Source: Squalus acanthias (taxonomy: Eukaryota). From it: a stretch of DNA of 64,000 nucleotides. This document shows positions 10,751-21,689 of this stretch, one piece after another. The notes under the pieces are model-generated. The model was not told where the DNA came from. It did not search any database and worked only from the letters and a program-made list of their open reading frames with translations. The stretch covers positions 560,001 to 624,000 of the forward strand of contig JASTWF010000033.1 in NCBI GenBank assembly GCA_030390025.1, written 5' to 3'. The position numbers and the translations under genes were made by a program. The stretch's first letter is position 1. Each line of letters opens with the position of its first letter.

Positions 10751-12153
10751 CACGTCATTAATCATTAAACACAGAAAACATAGTAAAATAGGAGCAGGAG
10801 TGGGCCATTCGGCCCTTCGAGCCTGCTCCACCATTCAATATGATCATGGCTGATCCTCTAACTCAATAACATTTTCGCGCTCTCTCCCCATTCCCCGTGA
10901 TACTTTTTGTGTCTAGAAATGTATGTCATTCTTAAATATATTCTTGTGAAACTTCGCTGCACTCCATCTATGGCAAGTATGTCCTTTCTTAGGTAAGGAG
11001 ACCAAAACTGCACACTGTAATCCAGGTGTGGTCTCACCAAGGCCCTTTATAACTGTAGTAAGGCATCCTTGCTCCTGTATTAATATCCTTTTGCAATGAA
11101 GGCCAACATACCATTTTCCTTCCTAACTGCTTGCTGCATGTTTGCTTTCAGTGACTGGTGAACAAGGACACCCAAGTCCCTTTGTGCATCAACATTTCCC
11201 AATCTATCACAATTTATATAAAACTCTGCCTTTCTGTTTTTCCTACCGATTTGGATAACTTCACAGTTATCCACGTTATACTGCATCTGCCATGTATTTG
11301 CCCACTCACTCAACTTGTCTAAATCGCCTTGAAGCCTCGTTGCATCCTCCTCACAACTCACAATTCCACCTAGTTTCGTGTCGTCAGCAAATTGGAATAT
11401 TACATTTGGTTCCCTCATCCAAATCATTGATATATATTGTGAATAGCTGGGGCCCAAGCACTGATCCCTGCGGTACCCCACTAGTCACCGCCTGCCACCT
11501 CGAAAAAGTCCCATTTTGTCCTATTCTCTGTTTCCTGTCTGTTAACCAATTTACAATCCATGCCAGTATATTACCCAAATCCCATGTGCTTTAATTTTGC
11601 ACACTAACCACTTATGTGGGACTTTATCTGAAAATCCAAATACACATATCCACTGGTTCTCCCTTATCTATTCTACCAGTTATATCCTCAAAAAACTCCA
11701 ATCGGTTTGTCAAAAACGATTTCCCTTTCATAAATCCGTGTTGACTTTGTCTAATCCCGTTGATATTTTCTAAGTGTCCTGCTATCACATCCTTTATAGT
11801 AGACTCTAGCATGTTCCCTACTGCTGAATTTAGGTTATCCGGTCTGTAGTTCCCTGTTTTCTCTCTCCCTCCTTTTTTAAATAGTGGGGTTGCATTTGCC
11901 ACCATCCAATCTTCAGGATCTTTTCCATAATCTATAGAATTTTGGAAGATGACAACCAAGGCATCCACTAGTCCCATGGCTACCTCTTTTACTACTCTGG
12001 GATGCAGAGTATCAGGCCCTGGGGATGAATCGGCTTTCAGTCCCATTCAATTCTCCAGCACTATTGTTTTACTAATTCTGATTTCCTTTAATTCCTCCTT
12101 CTCACTAGACCCTTGGTTCCCTAGCACTGAAATAACTGAAAAGTTATTTGTGT

Positions 12154-12631
12154 TGTTGGTGAAAAATGAATTCACTCGAGTCTGTGTCAAAGGAGAAGAT
12201 CACAGTTTATTTAACAGTTCACACTGGGAGAAGAGCCATAGACCCCGCGGTCTAGTTAATTCACTTCTCGACCTTACAGGGATACCAGAAATTCTTTTAT
12301 ACTATATAGGGCCGGTTAAGCAGTTCATTACATACAAATGTCTTCACCCAATCACGTTCCCTCAGCAACAGACTTCTAATTATTAACTGGACTTTAAGCT
12401 AAAAAATGTTACTTCCCTATCGAAACTATAAACATCGAAATGTCGTGTCAGCTTTGTCTAGTCGGACTGGCTGGTCATGCGGTGTTTGGTTCTCAAGTGT
12501 AACCGTTGTACCTTGCACGTACGCATGTTGACCACAGACATTAGTCATCGCACTGTCAGCGAAACAATTCTGTATTTACGAATTTACTTTTTATATTACA
12601 TTCTTTATGCCCTATAATTTTTACTCCAACA
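12154..12631 (-). repeat. ERV 3' LTR (478 bp)
   Basis: Direct repeat of 17388-17866; TATAAAA (near 12295) and AATAAA (near 12206) on the minus strand; purine-rich CAGGAGGGAC immediately upstream. Confidence 0.95.
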
Positions 12632-12774
12632 GTCCCTCCTGTTGGTCCCTGATCAAAACTCCTTTTGTGACAGGGAACCAGCATCATACGGATTTTTGGT
12701 AATGTAAGTAGATATGTTTACATTCCAGGGGCTCACAGTCCGTTAGTCAGACTGTGGCATCCTTGTATAGGGAC

Positions 12775-14060
12775 TCATATCCACACATCTCTCTCTCCGG
12801 GTGTCATTTGATTAACCATCATGGCACTTACAGCAGGCCGTGACATTTGAGTGCAACAACATTTTAACAATAGGGCCAGACCATACATCACTAATATTAT
12901 AACAAAGAACAAATTCAATCCTTGTACTACTGATGTCCCGAGTGAACTCAACCATCCAGTTGCCCAGCCCCAAAGGGTGGATGCCGGAGGTTGTTTTAAT
13001 TGTTTTACTTCTTCCTGTATGTGTTCTGCCAAGTTAGTTATTGCTTCCGAGTTACCTGGTATATAGGTACAACATTCTGTACCTATTAGGGCACAGGTTC
13101 CCCTTTCTCTGCCAACACATAGTCAAGGGCCATCCGATTTTGTAGAGCTACTGTGCGGAGGGCTACCATCTCTGCATTAACCTTTACTAGGGCTTCAGCT
13201 GTATCGTTGGCCACCTGCTCCAAGACGGAGGCCAGGTTAATTGATTCCCTTGCCAATTTAGCCGTTCCATACCAGGGGAACGCAATTACCCAGAATCTTT
13301 CAGTCTCCGTGATGGCTCATCTGGTTCTCCCGTGGAGGTCCTTCAGTGAACCCATGTGATATATGTAGGGTACGACATAAGCCAGATTACAAGAACCCGT
13401 CCATTCTCGGGGCAACCAGGGATAGGCCCTATGACCGCACACGAAATGAGTCCCGTTGTAGGGGGTATACTTATTTACCTCTGGGGGGTCCCATTGTACT
13501 GAGAAGTCACTGCTTCTGTTTAGTGATGGGAGTTTCACACTAACCGTTTCACCAGGCCAAGCAATGTTATATGTGCAGTTACTGTAGCCCACAATAGGAT
13601 CTGTCGGTCGTCCCCTCTTTACGAGACATAGTCTCCCCCCTTGTCCGTTCTCACTCTTTGTTCTCAGGAACGGTGGTAGATAGAAATCGTTATATGTTGA
13701 CCGTGTCCGCCCACTACAATATTCTGGGTTGTACCCATGACGTTGCAGCTTTGCTATAGTTCTGCCGTCTGTCTTGGCTTCATAACAGCCCACACTTGTG
13801 CATCCTGCTCTAACTCCAAACATCCAACTGACCGTCTCATCATCACTAAGTGGGATTGGTTGTAGGGGGACTCCTTCCTCCGAGTGTGTGGGGACATGGG
13901 CGCAGACCCAACAGCTGGCAACATCAACTCTCTTGGCATATGTGTATGACATATATAAAAAGGTGTTCACCCGTAACCCTATTTTGGCCCGTGGGGGTAC
14001 TCTAGCCTGAGTCCTCCCGAGGCTACATATTATGATTATACAAACTAGGAAACTACACAT
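12775..14060 (-). pseudogene. env: ERV env (SU plus TM), disrupted
   Basis: Signal peptide MCSFLVCIIIICSLG, CWVC motif, furin site RTR* (stop in place of the last R), ISD ALQNRMALDYVLA, CX6CC (CALIGTECC), TM helix. Confidence 0.92.
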
Positions 14061-14185
14061 GATATTGCGTAACACGTTCCTCTTATCACTTTATGTTAAC
14101 AATGTCCCAAAGGCTATATCGCCAACCAAACCGCTTTGTTGCTTGAAGATTCTATTTTCCTGTGGGGGTGAATAGAATACTGTCA

Positions 14186-14413
14186 TTAGGCTGGTTCCTC
14201 GATAGTAATCATTTGGATTCCCTCCTCCTGCTCGACCGGTTGGAGTCGATGGGATTGTTCCCATACATGCTTCACGATGCATCCCATAGTGTATCCCATT
14301 ATGACAATGCATATTGTCCATACCATCGTCCGTACTAGCGCCCATTCCTATTCTTTGAATTGTCTAACGTATTCTTCACTTCCCTCAAAAGGTACATGCT
14401 CTCTTGTAGCCAT
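14186..14413 (-). pseudogene. Putative ERV accessory ORF, 75 aa single-pass membrane protein, one internal stop
   Basis: MATREHVPFEGSEEYVRQFKE*EWALVRTMVWTICIVIMGYTMGCIVKHVWEQSHRLQPVEQEEGIQMITIEEPA; Kozak AAAATGG; located between integrase and env. Confidence 0.5.
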
Positions 14414-14419
14414 TTTTAA

Positions 14420-15765
14420 GCTGGCGAAGGGTCATAGACTTTTTGCTGTGTCCAGTGCTTCCATCGTCCCATGCCCTTCATATCAATGCAAGCACACGTA
14501 TCTCCACTAATTAGAATCTGATGTGGTCCTGACCATCTTGGGGCAAACCCGGGTTTCCCTGTAAACCTTTAACCATTACCTTAGTCCCGGCTGGAGGGTT
14601 ATATGGAAACGCGGGCAATTCTAAATGCTTATCCTTTTCTTCCTGTCTGTCCCGCGTTTGCCTCCTCATTTCCTTTAATTGACTGCTTTATTGGAGGACT
14701 TACCTTCGGAACTTATCCTTTAGAGGACCCACATCCTCTTCTCCAGTTATTAGGCCATGGGGGAGTTGCAATGCCCTCCCCGTCATTAGCTCATATGGTG
14801 ATAAGCCCGTTGTTCGGTTTGGGGTGGCTCTTAGTTTCATTAAGACTTGTAGTAACACATCAACCCACTGTTGATGTTTGTCCCCTGAAGCCTTGGCTCA
14901 GGCTGTTTTCAAGGTTCGGTTCATTCGTTCCACCATTCCAGAACTTTGGGGATGGTACGGAATGTGGAATTTCTGCTTTATGGCCATCCACCTGCATACA
15001 TTCTTCACTACTGCTCCCGTAAAGTGAGTTCCCTGATCTGAGTCAATTTGGATCGGTATTCCCCACCTGGGAATTATTATCTCTGCCATTATTCGTGCCA
15101 CGGTGGTGGCAGTACAGTTCCGGGTTGGGAATGCCTCAACCCACCTAGTAAACTGGTCTATTATTACCAGGCAATACCTCTTACCCCTTGACCTGGGGAG
15201 GGGTCCGGTGAAGTCTATTTGTATATTTTCCCATGGGCCCCTCTGCCGTGGTTGGTGGGCCATCCGTATCTTAATGGGTCGTCCTGGGTTGTGCTGGGCA
15301 CACGCGATACACCGCTGGCAATGTTTTGCCACCTCTCTTCCTAACCCAGGCCACCACCATTCTTTACTTATTAGGTCAATGATCGGCCCTCTTCCTTTAT
15401 GGGAGTCTGCATGGTGTAGTTCTAAGAGCATTTGTCTGATACATGCAGGGGCTATCACCATCCCGTTTTTCCGTCATATAGCTTCCTTGTCTGATCTCCC
15501 TCCTGTGCGGTACCATTCCTGTTTCTTCCCTTCTTGGGTCTCTTTGTGTAATTTCCTAATAGCTATTTCTTCCAACTGTGCAATGGCTATGTTTTCTGCA
15601 AGCACTTCTTGTTCAAGAGCTTGCTGTGCTGCTAAATCAGCGGCATGGTTCCTTTTTGTTCCTGATTTTGTATTTTCTGGTGCGCCTTTATTTTTATTAC
15701 TGCTGCGAGTGTTGGGGCCTTTGCGGCTTCCATGAGGGCCTCTATCCTCTGCTGGTGTTTTATAC
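14420..15765 (-). pseudogene. pol: ERV pol remnant: RNase H C-terminus plus integrase
   Basis: AAVIKIKAHQ...NHAADLAA (RNase H end); HHCC finger, IQIDF / DSDQG / MVERMN DDE triad; RWSGPH C-terminal motif. Confidence 0.9.
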
Positions 15766-16960
15766 GATCCCCTCTTTAGCATCTATATGGCACGCCCACT
15801 GGACCACCGCATCATATGTATTCGCCGCCACTATTCACATTTTTAATATCGCTTGGTGGGATTGGGACAACCCGTCCTTAAACATTTGATTAAAGGGCTG
15901 GTCTGTCATCTGGGGATCTGCTTGACCCGATGATTCCTGGTATACGACGAACAATCGTTCGCCATATTCACTACTGCTGCCCACTTTCCGCTGTTTTATC
16001 ATCATTATACGTCCCCAATTGGGTGAGGATCCTCCAAAAGGCCGCCTGGACCGCTGTTTTAAAGGGGATGTGGGCCGCGAGTTGGGCCGTCTTGTCCGCA
16101 ATTAAGGCGATACGGCCGGTCCAGCCACCATCTTGGTGGCCGTTTTGTTTATCCCCCTCTCTCCATTTCTCAGCCGGGCATTTAGCCCGTACTAACTGGT
16201 GGATGTCCCGAGGATGGAGGTCGTGGATATCCCACATCTCCTAACGATTTCTCCAAAATTCCCCATTTGTGCTACGGGGCTTCAATGTTCCCAAATCTTT
16301 CAACATTGTTTGTTTTTCTAAGGGGCTAAAAGCTTGGTACTTGGCTGTGGGATTTTGTACCGTTCCCCCTCTTTTTAAAGGGGCTGCCTTGATTACGTTT
16401 GGGTTCTTTTTCTCTTTCTCGAAGTTTTCGTCATCACTGTCTTCCATGAAAGGTGCTGATGCCTCTGGGGTGTAAGGAGGTGGTATCGCGTCCTCATTTT
16501 CGGAGCCCTGGACTTTTACCGAGGCACACAAATGTGCCCACCTTTCGTTCCATAGTTACGTTTTGTCCAGCCGGTACCCATCAAGGACCGTCTGGCCTCC
16601 TTTGTATAATACTGACACTTGTTCTAATTCCAGAATTCTTTCACCTTTACTTGCAAGTCTAGTGTGGAGTCGCGGCACCTTGTTAGTTAAAGCGACTAAT
16701 TGGTTTCCTAGTATCACCCCCGCCTTTTTTGTCTTTTTCTGTTTTTGACCCTCCCACCACTCTCTTTGTACTTTCGGATTCTGGAGCGGGTCCCACCCCT
16801 CCTTCGTCATCTTATCAACTAAACCCTTCCGGTTGTCTGCATAGAACGTAGTAAGGGACCCCGTTGGTCCCCATTCTATTTATTTCCCTGAAGGCATTTG
16901 TAGTCCAACTTACAGTCTTACCAAATGCTGAGTTCCTCTACTCGGGCTTGTTCTTGATAA
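15765..16960 (-). pseudogene. gag: ERV gag remnant (frameshifted, lacking nucleocapsid)
   Basis: Lies after the PBS; minus ORFs 16556-16810, 16241-16531 (PPPY late-domain motif) and 15971-16237; boundaries approximate. Confidence 0.7.
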
Positions 16961-17367
16961 TTTAAAGACCTTCAAGTGGTTAATCAGTCACAAGACGCAT
17001 ATATATTTGCTGACTTCACGATCCCAGGGTGTTTTGGAGCCTCTACCCCTACTTGATCCTGGCCGTCACGTGGGACTATGTCCTCTTAAGTCAGACTCAG
17101 GCTAGGTGTTAGAGACCGGCACCCTCCTTGTCCGAGTCGTTCCGTCACTCACTCATTCCTTCGCGACATTTATCGCTACACAGTGTTCCCTTTAGTACTT
17201 GCGATCCGCACTCTCACAACTGTGTTCTCCTACCTCTCGCAGACTTTACTTGATTCGTGATGCTACGGCACTGTCACTCCGCCTTTCCAGGTGACTCAAT
17301 TTCTGGATGGTCAAAATTGACTTCTCGTCCGGGTTCACCGGTGCGGGTGGTCTTTCAGTTCCAGAGC

Positions 17368-17385
17368 ATCCTGCCGACTACGCCA
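17368..17385 (-). promoter_or_regulatory. Primer-binding site complementary to tRNA-Ser(AGA/TGA)
   Basis: Minus strand TGGCGTAGTCGGCAGGAT, 2 nt from the LTR, is the complement of the tRNA-Ser 3' end ATCCTGCCGACTACG-CCA. Confidence 0.9.
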
Positions 17386-17387
17386 AT

Positions 17388-17866
17388 TGTTGGTGAAAAA
17401 TTAATTCACTCGAGTCTGTCTCAAAGCAGAAGATCACAGTTTATTTAACAGAGGCACGGGGAGAAGAGCCATAGACCCCGCGGTCTAGTGAATTCACTTC
17501 TCGACCTTACAGTGATATCGGAACTTCTTTTATACATTATAGGGTCGGCAACGCAATGCATTACATACAAATGTCTTCACCCAATCACGTTCCCCCAGCA
17601 ACAGACTTCTAATTATAAACTGCACTTTAAGCTAAAAAATGTTACTTCCCTATCGAAACTATAAACATCGAAATGTTGCGTCAGCTTTGTCTAGTCAGAC
17701 TAGCTGGTCATGCGGTGATTGGTTCTCAAGTGTAACCGTTGTACCTCGCACAAACGCTTGTTGACCACAGACATTACTCATCGCACTGTGTCAGCAAAAC
17801 CATTCTGTATTTACGAATTTACTTTTTATATTACATTCTTTAAGCCCTATAATTTTTACTCCAACA
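17388..17866 (-). repeat. ERV 5' LTR (479 bp)
   Basis: Direct repeat of 12154-12631, adjacent to the PBS. Confidence 0.95.
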
Positions 17867-19433
17867 GTGTCCTCTTCCTTGAAGACAGAACCAACGTCTT
17901 TGTTTAATTGCTCAGCCATTTCCTTGTTCCGCATTATAAATTCTCCCGTTTCTGACTGTAAGGGCCCTACATTTGTCTTCACTAATCTTTTTATTTTAAG
18001 ATGCTTGTAGAAGCTTTTTCAGTCCACTCTTATATTACTTCTTAATCAATCTCTTGTTTTTTTTTTCTGAACTCTAAACTGCTCCCAGTCCACAGGCTTG
18101 CTATTTTTTCTGTCAACTTGATATGATTCCTCTTTGGATCTAATACTATCCTTAATTTTTTTGTTAGCCATGGTTATACTGCTTTTCCTTTTGCGTTTTT
18201 GCGCCAGAAAGAAATGTATACCAGCTGCAATTCATGCATTCGTTCCTTAAATGTTAGCCATTGCCTATCCACCATCATGAATTTTAATGAAGCTCCACAA
18301 TCTATCATAGCCAACTCACTCCTCATACCTTCGTAGTTTCCTTTGATTAGTTTAAGAATCCTAGTTGCGGATTGGAATTCTTCACTTTCCATCTTAATGA
18401 AGAATCCTATCATGCTATGGTCACTCTTCCCTAAAGGAATCTGCACAACAAGATTATTAATTAATCGCTTCGCATTGCACAATACCCAATCTAGGAGAGC
18501 CTGTTCCCTAGTTGGCTCCTAAACGTACTGGTCTAAAAAAACATCTCGTACACACTCCAGGAATTCATCCTCCACAGTATTATTGCTAATTTGGTTCGGC
18601 CAGTCTATATGTAGATTAAACTCACCCATGATTACTGTAGTACCCTTGTTACATGCATCTGTAATTTCCTGTTTGATGCCGTCCCCTACATTACCACTAC
18701 TGTTTAGAGGCCTACAGACAACTCCCACCGATGTTTTCTGTCCTTGGTGCTGCTTAGCTCCAGCTCGACAAGTTCTACATCTTGATTTTCTGGGCCAATA
18801 TCCTTTCTCACTATTGCTCTGATTTCATCCTTTACTAACAACGCTACCCACCATCTTTTCCTTTTTGCCTATCCTTCCTACATATCGAATATCCTTGGAT
18901 ATTCAGCTCCCAGCCTTGGTCACCCTGCAGCCATGTCTCCGTAATATCAATTAAATCATATCCGTTTACATCGATTTGCGCTGTTAATTCGTTTACCTTA
19001 TTATGAATGTTTCATGCATTCAGATACAGTCAAAGAGCAGCGGAGAATCTGAAGCTGGAAATGTCAGTTCGAACAGTGAATTCAACACCAAATCAGGCAC
19101 AGAAAGCGAAATAAAGAGAGGAAAAGAAAGATTAGATCAAGAGAGAGAAAAGAAACAGAATAAAGTAAAAATATTTTTATTATTTAAAAATCTAAAACAA
19201 ATGAATTCTGAATGAATGAGTCTCCACACGTATAAAAGTGAATTTTCAGTGCCAGAGAGGTTATTTGGCTGTAATTAAGACTCACTAAGACCGTTGAAAA
19301 TGGGTCTTGGACTGAAATGGACGGGGTTGTTGCGGTGTGTGAAATATTGTTAAGATCTATGGTTAATAATCGAGGCGATGCTATGGGATCCTTTAAAGTT
19401 CGGTGGCAATTCAAACAGCCCCAAAACGCAATG

Positions 19434-19507
19434 TTCCCTGACCGGGAAGCGAACCCCGGCCAGGGACAAGGAAGAGCGCCGAATCCTAACCACTGGACCA
19501 CCAGGGA
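19434..19507 (-). pseudogene. tRNA-Glu(CTC)-derived pseudogene, scrambled anticodon arm
   Basis: TCCCTGGTGGTCCAGTGGTTAGGATTCGGCGCTCTTCC...GGTTCGCTTCCCGGTCAGGGAA. Confidence 0.85.
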
Positions 19508-20081
19508 AGCGGCAGCGAGTTCCCTGCCAGAAAGCACAGCAACACAGTCTTTCCTGCGTGCTCCTTTGAAATTCAGATACTTTCGCGCCAGGCAAACTGT
19601 TCGTACAAAATGACATTTTTTAGTTGAGAACACAAAAGACGTGTTCGCGAAAGCACGGCACCAAGTGCGGGCAGGTATCCACTTGAAATCGATTTCCTTC
19701 TGTGCTTTTCTCTGTTGTCTCTGTCGGGGCCGGGCGAACATTTCATTTATGCTTTTACTCCTGAACTGAAGCCTTTTGCCCCTCTCGCGGGGTCAGAGCC
19801 GCTCTGTCTGTCTCTTCCTGCTTCTGACCATTAACGGGAACAGGCCGCCAGTTCAAAGTTCATCAGCAAACCCAGAAACACAAATAAACAGAAAGATGAG
19901 TCTCTCCGCGTCGGTGGCAAAGGTGGCCGTCATTTTACAGAAGGCAAGGAAGTGTATTTTGGATTGCTGTACCGAATGATGCGCTGCTGACTGTTGCGGC
20001 AGTAGCAGCGGTGCAGCAAGTTGAAAGCTTGATCAGGCTGCTTTGATTGGTGGCAGTTCAAACAGCCCCAAAACGCAAATT

Positions 20082-20110
20082 TTCCTTACCGAGAATCGAA
20101 TCCGCGCCGT
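20082..20110 (-). pseudogene. 3' half of a second tRNA-Glu copy
   Basis: GGATTCGATTCTCGGTAAGGAAA with the same trailer (TTGCGTTTTGGGGCTGTTTGAA) as the 19434 copy. Confidence 0.6.
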
Positions 20111-20902
20111 AGCTTTTCCTCTGAGACAGAAAGAAACACAGAGACAGACAGACAGAGAGAAGCCGTCGGGAAATTGAACACTGATCACTCTACTGTCAAG
20201 GCCCTGGTAGAGGAAGTAGTTATGCAGTGCTTGAGGAAAAGATTCAAACACTCACACAGACATCTGTGTGTGCTCTCTTTGTGTATGTATGTCTCAGATA
20301 TCAGCCTTGCAAATTTTTCCTATTCAATAGTTTATCCAATTCCCTTTTGAAGGTTACTATTGAATCTGCTTCCACCGCCCTTTCAGGCAGCGCAATCCCG
20401 AACACACTCCCTGAGTCACTGGGCTTATCCACTTGTTTGCTGCCGCTGTTTTTTCTCAGTGCAATATTTAGTTTTGAGCTTCTGGCAATAATTGGCCACT
20501 AATCGATCAAAGGGGAAAGTGACTGAGAAATAAACAGTGTCTGTGGCTGCATGAAACAGACATACTTTTTCCACTGATATGTCAATTTATTTATCAGCAT
20601 CAAATCAGGAATTGAGCAGCTAAAATGATATTACAGTTCAATACAGATCAGCGTGAATGAATTAATATACCTCAGGACGGGGATGGAGCCTCGGCCCTTC
20701 CCACAGAAGATCTAAATTATATGATTGATTATTGAAGTTGGCCGATTTATTTCTACACCTTGGAATTCTGGAGAACCTGCTTCATTATTTGTAGAACAAG
20801 CTGAGCCGACAGCTCCCTCCCTGTAACAACAGATAAGGGGAAGCCAGCAATAGTTCTGGCTGGTTTACCCGGTACACGAGGAGACTCTTAACTTACAGGG
20901 AG

Positions 20903-21483
20903 GTTCGGTCGAGCCCCACATTGGGGTGATTGCCTGGTATCCTGGCAGCAGTCATGATGCCTTCATCCTGCACCAGTCTGGTGTGCCAGGAATCTTCCAG
21001 CCACCATGTCAAACCAAAGGGTGGCTGCTCGGAGACGAGGGCTTTCCGCTATGCACCTGGCTGATGACACCTCACCAATAACCCACCACTCGCGGCCAGC
21101 ACTCATATAATGAGAGCCATGCTGCCACGAGGTACCTCATCGCACAGACTATCGGGGTGTTAAAGCAACGGTCCCTCAGCCTTGACCGCTCATGAGGAGC
21201 TCTCCACTAAACACTGGAGGCCCATTTGGTGGTGATCTGCTGCATGCGCCACAACTTGGCCATCTTGAGGGCGAAGTGATTCCCACCACGGGTTCTGGGA
21301 CCACCTCAGGAGGAGGAGGAAGTGGAGGAAGAGGAGGAAGAGGAAGAGCAGGAGGCGGAATAGGTAGAAATGGAAGCGCAGGAGAACGAAGAAGAGGAGG
21401 ATGGAGAAGGGAGGAGGCAGGCAGTAGATCCTTGTTCTGGACAGTCTGTCCGTGAGCGCCTCATCAGATTCCAGTTCCAGTGA
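20903..21483 (+). pseudogene. PIF/Harbinger (HARBI1-like) DDE transposase C-terminal remnant
   Basis: Translates YPGSSHDAFIL...GWLLGDEGFPL..WLMTP...YNESHAATR.LI..TIGVLKQR, followed by an acidic GAG-repeat tail; stops present. Confidence 0.88.
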
Positions 21484-21689
21484 ATGAAACTCCACATGCC
21501 TGCTGCTCACCAGTTCCCCATCTTACCATCCCTCTGTCACAGAACATCACAGCGTCTTCCTGGTCACAAAGCTGAAATGAGAGCCACCACAAAACAAACA
21601 TTCCAAACATAATTTATAAAGTTATCAAATCACAATCAGAATAACAAAGTCATCTCTAATCACCCTTGTGCTTTCCCTCAGTGTCTGTA

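Larger units (their letters stand above)
12154..17866 (-). mobile_element. Endogenous retrovirus (class I, gamma/epsilon-like env), internally deleted provirus, 5713 bp
   Basis: Two LTRs TGTTGG...CCAACA, 4-bp TSD GTGT (12150-12153 / 17867-17870), PBS, gag, RNase H tail, integrase and env remnants. Confidence 0.95.
10769..19030 (-). mobile_element. CR1 LINE (APE plus RT, decayed) split by the ERV
   Basis: 3' tail at 10769; RT motifs 10858-12046; endonuclease motifs 18174-18960; sequence is contiguous across the ERV at TTATTTGTGT|CCTCTTCC. Confidence 0.9.

Noticed and set aside
12775..14060. Domesticated (syncytin-like) env
   Set aside because: Stop at the furin site plus further stops and frameshifts in TM
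19740..19950. Possible signal-peptide first exon on the minus strand (MTATFATDAERLIFLFICVSG...)
   Set aside because: In-frame stop after 26 codons and no recognisable downstream exons
21192..21510. Gly-rich, Ser-rich or Leu/Phe-rich ORFs
   Set aside because: Alternate frames of the GAG-repeat acidic tail of the Harbinger transposase
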